Made by a program: the position numbers and the translations under genes. The notes under the pieces were generated by a model. It made no database searches, was not told where the DNA came from, and saw only the letters and a list, made by a program, of their open reading frames with translations. A DNA stretch of 64,000 bases from Patiria miniata (Eukaryota), in NCBI RefSeq assembly GCF_015706575.1, contig NW_024037073.1:20086740-20150739 (forward strand). Reading direction: 5' to 3'. Below, one piece after another: positions 61,570 through 64,000 of the stretch (its first letter is position 1; each line of letters begins with the position of its first letter).

Positions 61570-63060
61570 ATTAGCTATTCATAATGCTGGCAATGCAAAG
61601 GCAATGGCAATGCAAATGCCAATGACTGAATTGGTACCAAAACAAATAATAAATAATAATGCTTGGGAGGGGTCCAAATTATAGGTAGTTTATTCTGCAC
61701 ATTTTCTATAAATTTCAATTATCCCCCTGATTATTAGCCCCACTAACTTACTAAGTCTAAGGCACTAGTGTGGCTGTTGTGCCCATTCTTGAAAATCACG
61801 CATTCTCGAGAATGGGCATGCACATTCTCGAGAATGGGCGCGCATTCTTAAGAATGAGCGCCCATTCTTAAGAACGAGCACGCGTTCTTAAGAATGAGCG
61901 CTCATTCTTAAGATTGGGTGGGAATATCACGTGCACAATTTATGAATTTTGCCCAATCTTAACAAACATTGCACGACATAATTATGTTAAATGAATTGTA
62001 TAGCGGTTAAAAGGGAAACAATTCATATAAAGAGGAAAGAAAATGTTCTATGCTTCTGTACTCGTATAACTACGATAATTTGAATCAAATTAAACCTGTT
62101 ATTATTGCTTTTTTTCTGCCCACTACGGGAAGTTTTGTAATAACGGAGGACTGGGAACTAGTCTGGGAAGTGCTTTATTTAGGCTAGACAAGTTACAAGT
62201 CCCTGCATGTATCATATGCGTGCTACGAAAAAAAAAACGATGTCCAGAAGCTGCCAAAATTGCTCTTTTGACTAGATGCGACGTTATGGTGGGATGTGAA
62301 CAATAAATTGGTGGCAATTTAAATGGGAAATAGCATTAGCACTATGGGATGTCACAGTATTCATTCTCATTCTTCACATTCTTCATTCTTACGTCCCCCC
62401 CCTCCTCCCCCCCCCCCCCCCCCCCCCCCCCCCGCTTTTATTATCCCAAAAATTTAGAATTCTTTGCACTAGTATTATTATGTCTCTTATTTTTTCCCGG
62501 TCCCCCCCCCCATATCAATACGCCTTTACTTATCATATCCACTCTACTTTTCAGCGCCTTGCGTTGCAACAGTATAATTATTGAGAATCAGTGAACGAGG
62601 GGATTCAGCTAGACTTGCCAAGCGCAGCCGGTGCTCGGCATCGACAAGACCGTTATCTTGTCGCGCATTCTCAAGAATGTGCGCTCAATCTGGAAGAGTT
62701 ATTTTTTGCCAAGATTGAGCAAGGATCCAGTTGCACATTCTCAAGAATGTGCATGCCCATTCTCGAGAATGCGTGATTTTCAAGAATGGGCACAACATGG
62801 CCACGCCCGCGGTTCAGTGCAGCATACCGCAGCCACACTAGTGGGGCTACCTGATTATAGGCATGATAGGCCTAGGTCTATCCTATGCATAAACATAACG
62901 CTAAGGATCATCCTAGCTATCCTATGTTAAAATTAACCTCTGCAAGTAATTTAAAAAAGTTAATGCCATTTCATTCATTTCATCATCTGAATCCATAGAG
63001 CAATATCAAAAAATTCAGTCATTGTCATTGGCATTGCCTTTGCATTGCCATTATGAAATG
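61570..63060. mobile_element. ~1.5-kb non-autonomous DNA-transposon-like element. It has ~50-bp TIRs (ggcaatgcaaaggcaatggcaatgcaaatgccaatgac) and subterminal arrays of palindromic 14-mers (cattctcgagaatg / cattcttaagaatg).
   Basis: 61572-61630 is the reverse complement of 63005-63060. Palindrome arrays at 61795-61915 and 62645-62790. No ORF. Internal poly-C at 62398-62432. Confidence 0.6.
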
Positions 63061-63622
63061 TTTTTGATGGTAACTTATAAATTGCAAAGTTGCAATAAGG
63101 CGTTTCACGGTAATATATCTTGTTTACGTGGCAGAAAGAACACGCGCTGCTAGATGCGGGCGCATTTTGGAATGACCGCATGATAACTTGGAAGCACCAA
63201 AGTTTTCCATTGTCAATGCGTACACAGCAACGCCTGTAAAATTGCCCCGCAGGCAAGATGGCGCATATTTCTATTATTATCGTGAAACACCTTATTTCTT
63301 AAGATTTAATAACGGTTTGCATGGTGGACGTGATCAAGGAATGGGAGGTTTGCGGTAACACCATGTGAATGATATTTCTTTGTGAGATGTGTGGTTCTGA
63401 GAAGAGCCAGTTGGGTTAACTTGACGTTTCAAACAGTATGCTCTGTTCGTCATTTTTAAAAGGTAACCATTAGCAAATTTAAATCAATGGTATGAACTAT
63501 GATTGCATCCCGGAGTAAGTTTTATTTATCTTTATACCACTGATTTAATTCTTTTTGTCAACAGTCAAACAAGTTTCATCAAGTTTCATCTCGCATCTAA
63601 TAAAGTAATCCCCCTGAACACC

Positions 63623-63728
63623 ATGGCAGGACGCATCGTGATGTGTGAACCAACAGAGCTGTACAACATCCTCCAGCAGGCTACATCATATCCATGCCTC
63701 AGTGATGCCAATTATCTCTTGCTTCTAG
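63623..63728 (+). CDS. Possible first coding exon of an unidentified gene (MAGRIVMCEPTELYNILQQATSYPCLSDANYLLLL), ending at donor TAG|GTACAG.
   Basis: Strong Kozak context caccATGg. Open frame runs to a consensus GT donor at 63729. No recognisable domain. Single-exon evidence only. Confidence 0.25.
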
Positions 63729-64000
63729 GTACAGATACTTTGATCATGTCAATACCAGATGTGGAGTGACAAAATACTGAGACATTGGGCCCAGTAAAAA
63801 CAAAAATGCTTTCTCGTCCTAGCTTTTTGAGAAAAAATGAAAGAGGCGGCCCTTTCCCCCCCCCCCCCTCCACAACTATGGCAGCTTTTCAAAGATTGCA
63901 GATGGATTCTTCCATTTTCTCAACTCTTTTGATGATGCTTTGTGTGCAAAGGAGCTGCCATGCTCTTTTTACCAGATTTTGAACTTGCACATAAAGCTAC

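Overview
This is eukaryotic (metazoan) nuclear DNA, not prokaryotic. The genes are spliced with GT-AG introns, a tRNA-derived SINE family is present, and roughly half the window is satellite DNA. Positions 1 to about 37,500 form a repeat-dominated block: 390-bp and 190-bp satellites, several tandem mini-repeats, small TIR-bearing (MITE-like) elements, and a repeat family packed with TGACGTCA/CACGTG sites. These are arranged as several nested inverted duplications, the largest centred near 21,505. Positions about 37,800 to 64,000 carry three genes. (1) A two-exon minus-strand gene (38112-39897) for a secreted protein of uncertain family, carrying an apparent frameshift. (2) An 11-exon plus-strand gene (42607-50923) for a mosaic serine protease: signal peptide, five LDL-receptor class A modules, one thrombospondin type-1 repeat, and a trypsin-like catalytic domain with the His/Asp/Ser triad and an R|IVGG activation site. 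It carries an apparent 1-nt frameshift in one LDLa exon. (3) An 8-exon minus-strand mitochondrial malate dehydrogenase (MDH2) gene (53296-61069), convergent with the protease gene. Introns and flanks contain tRNA-derived SINE copies, foldback elements and a 1.5-kb TIR element. All exon coordinates were derived by hand translation and splice-site inspection, with no database searches. Long homopolymer G/C runs suggest local assembly or sequencing uncertainty.
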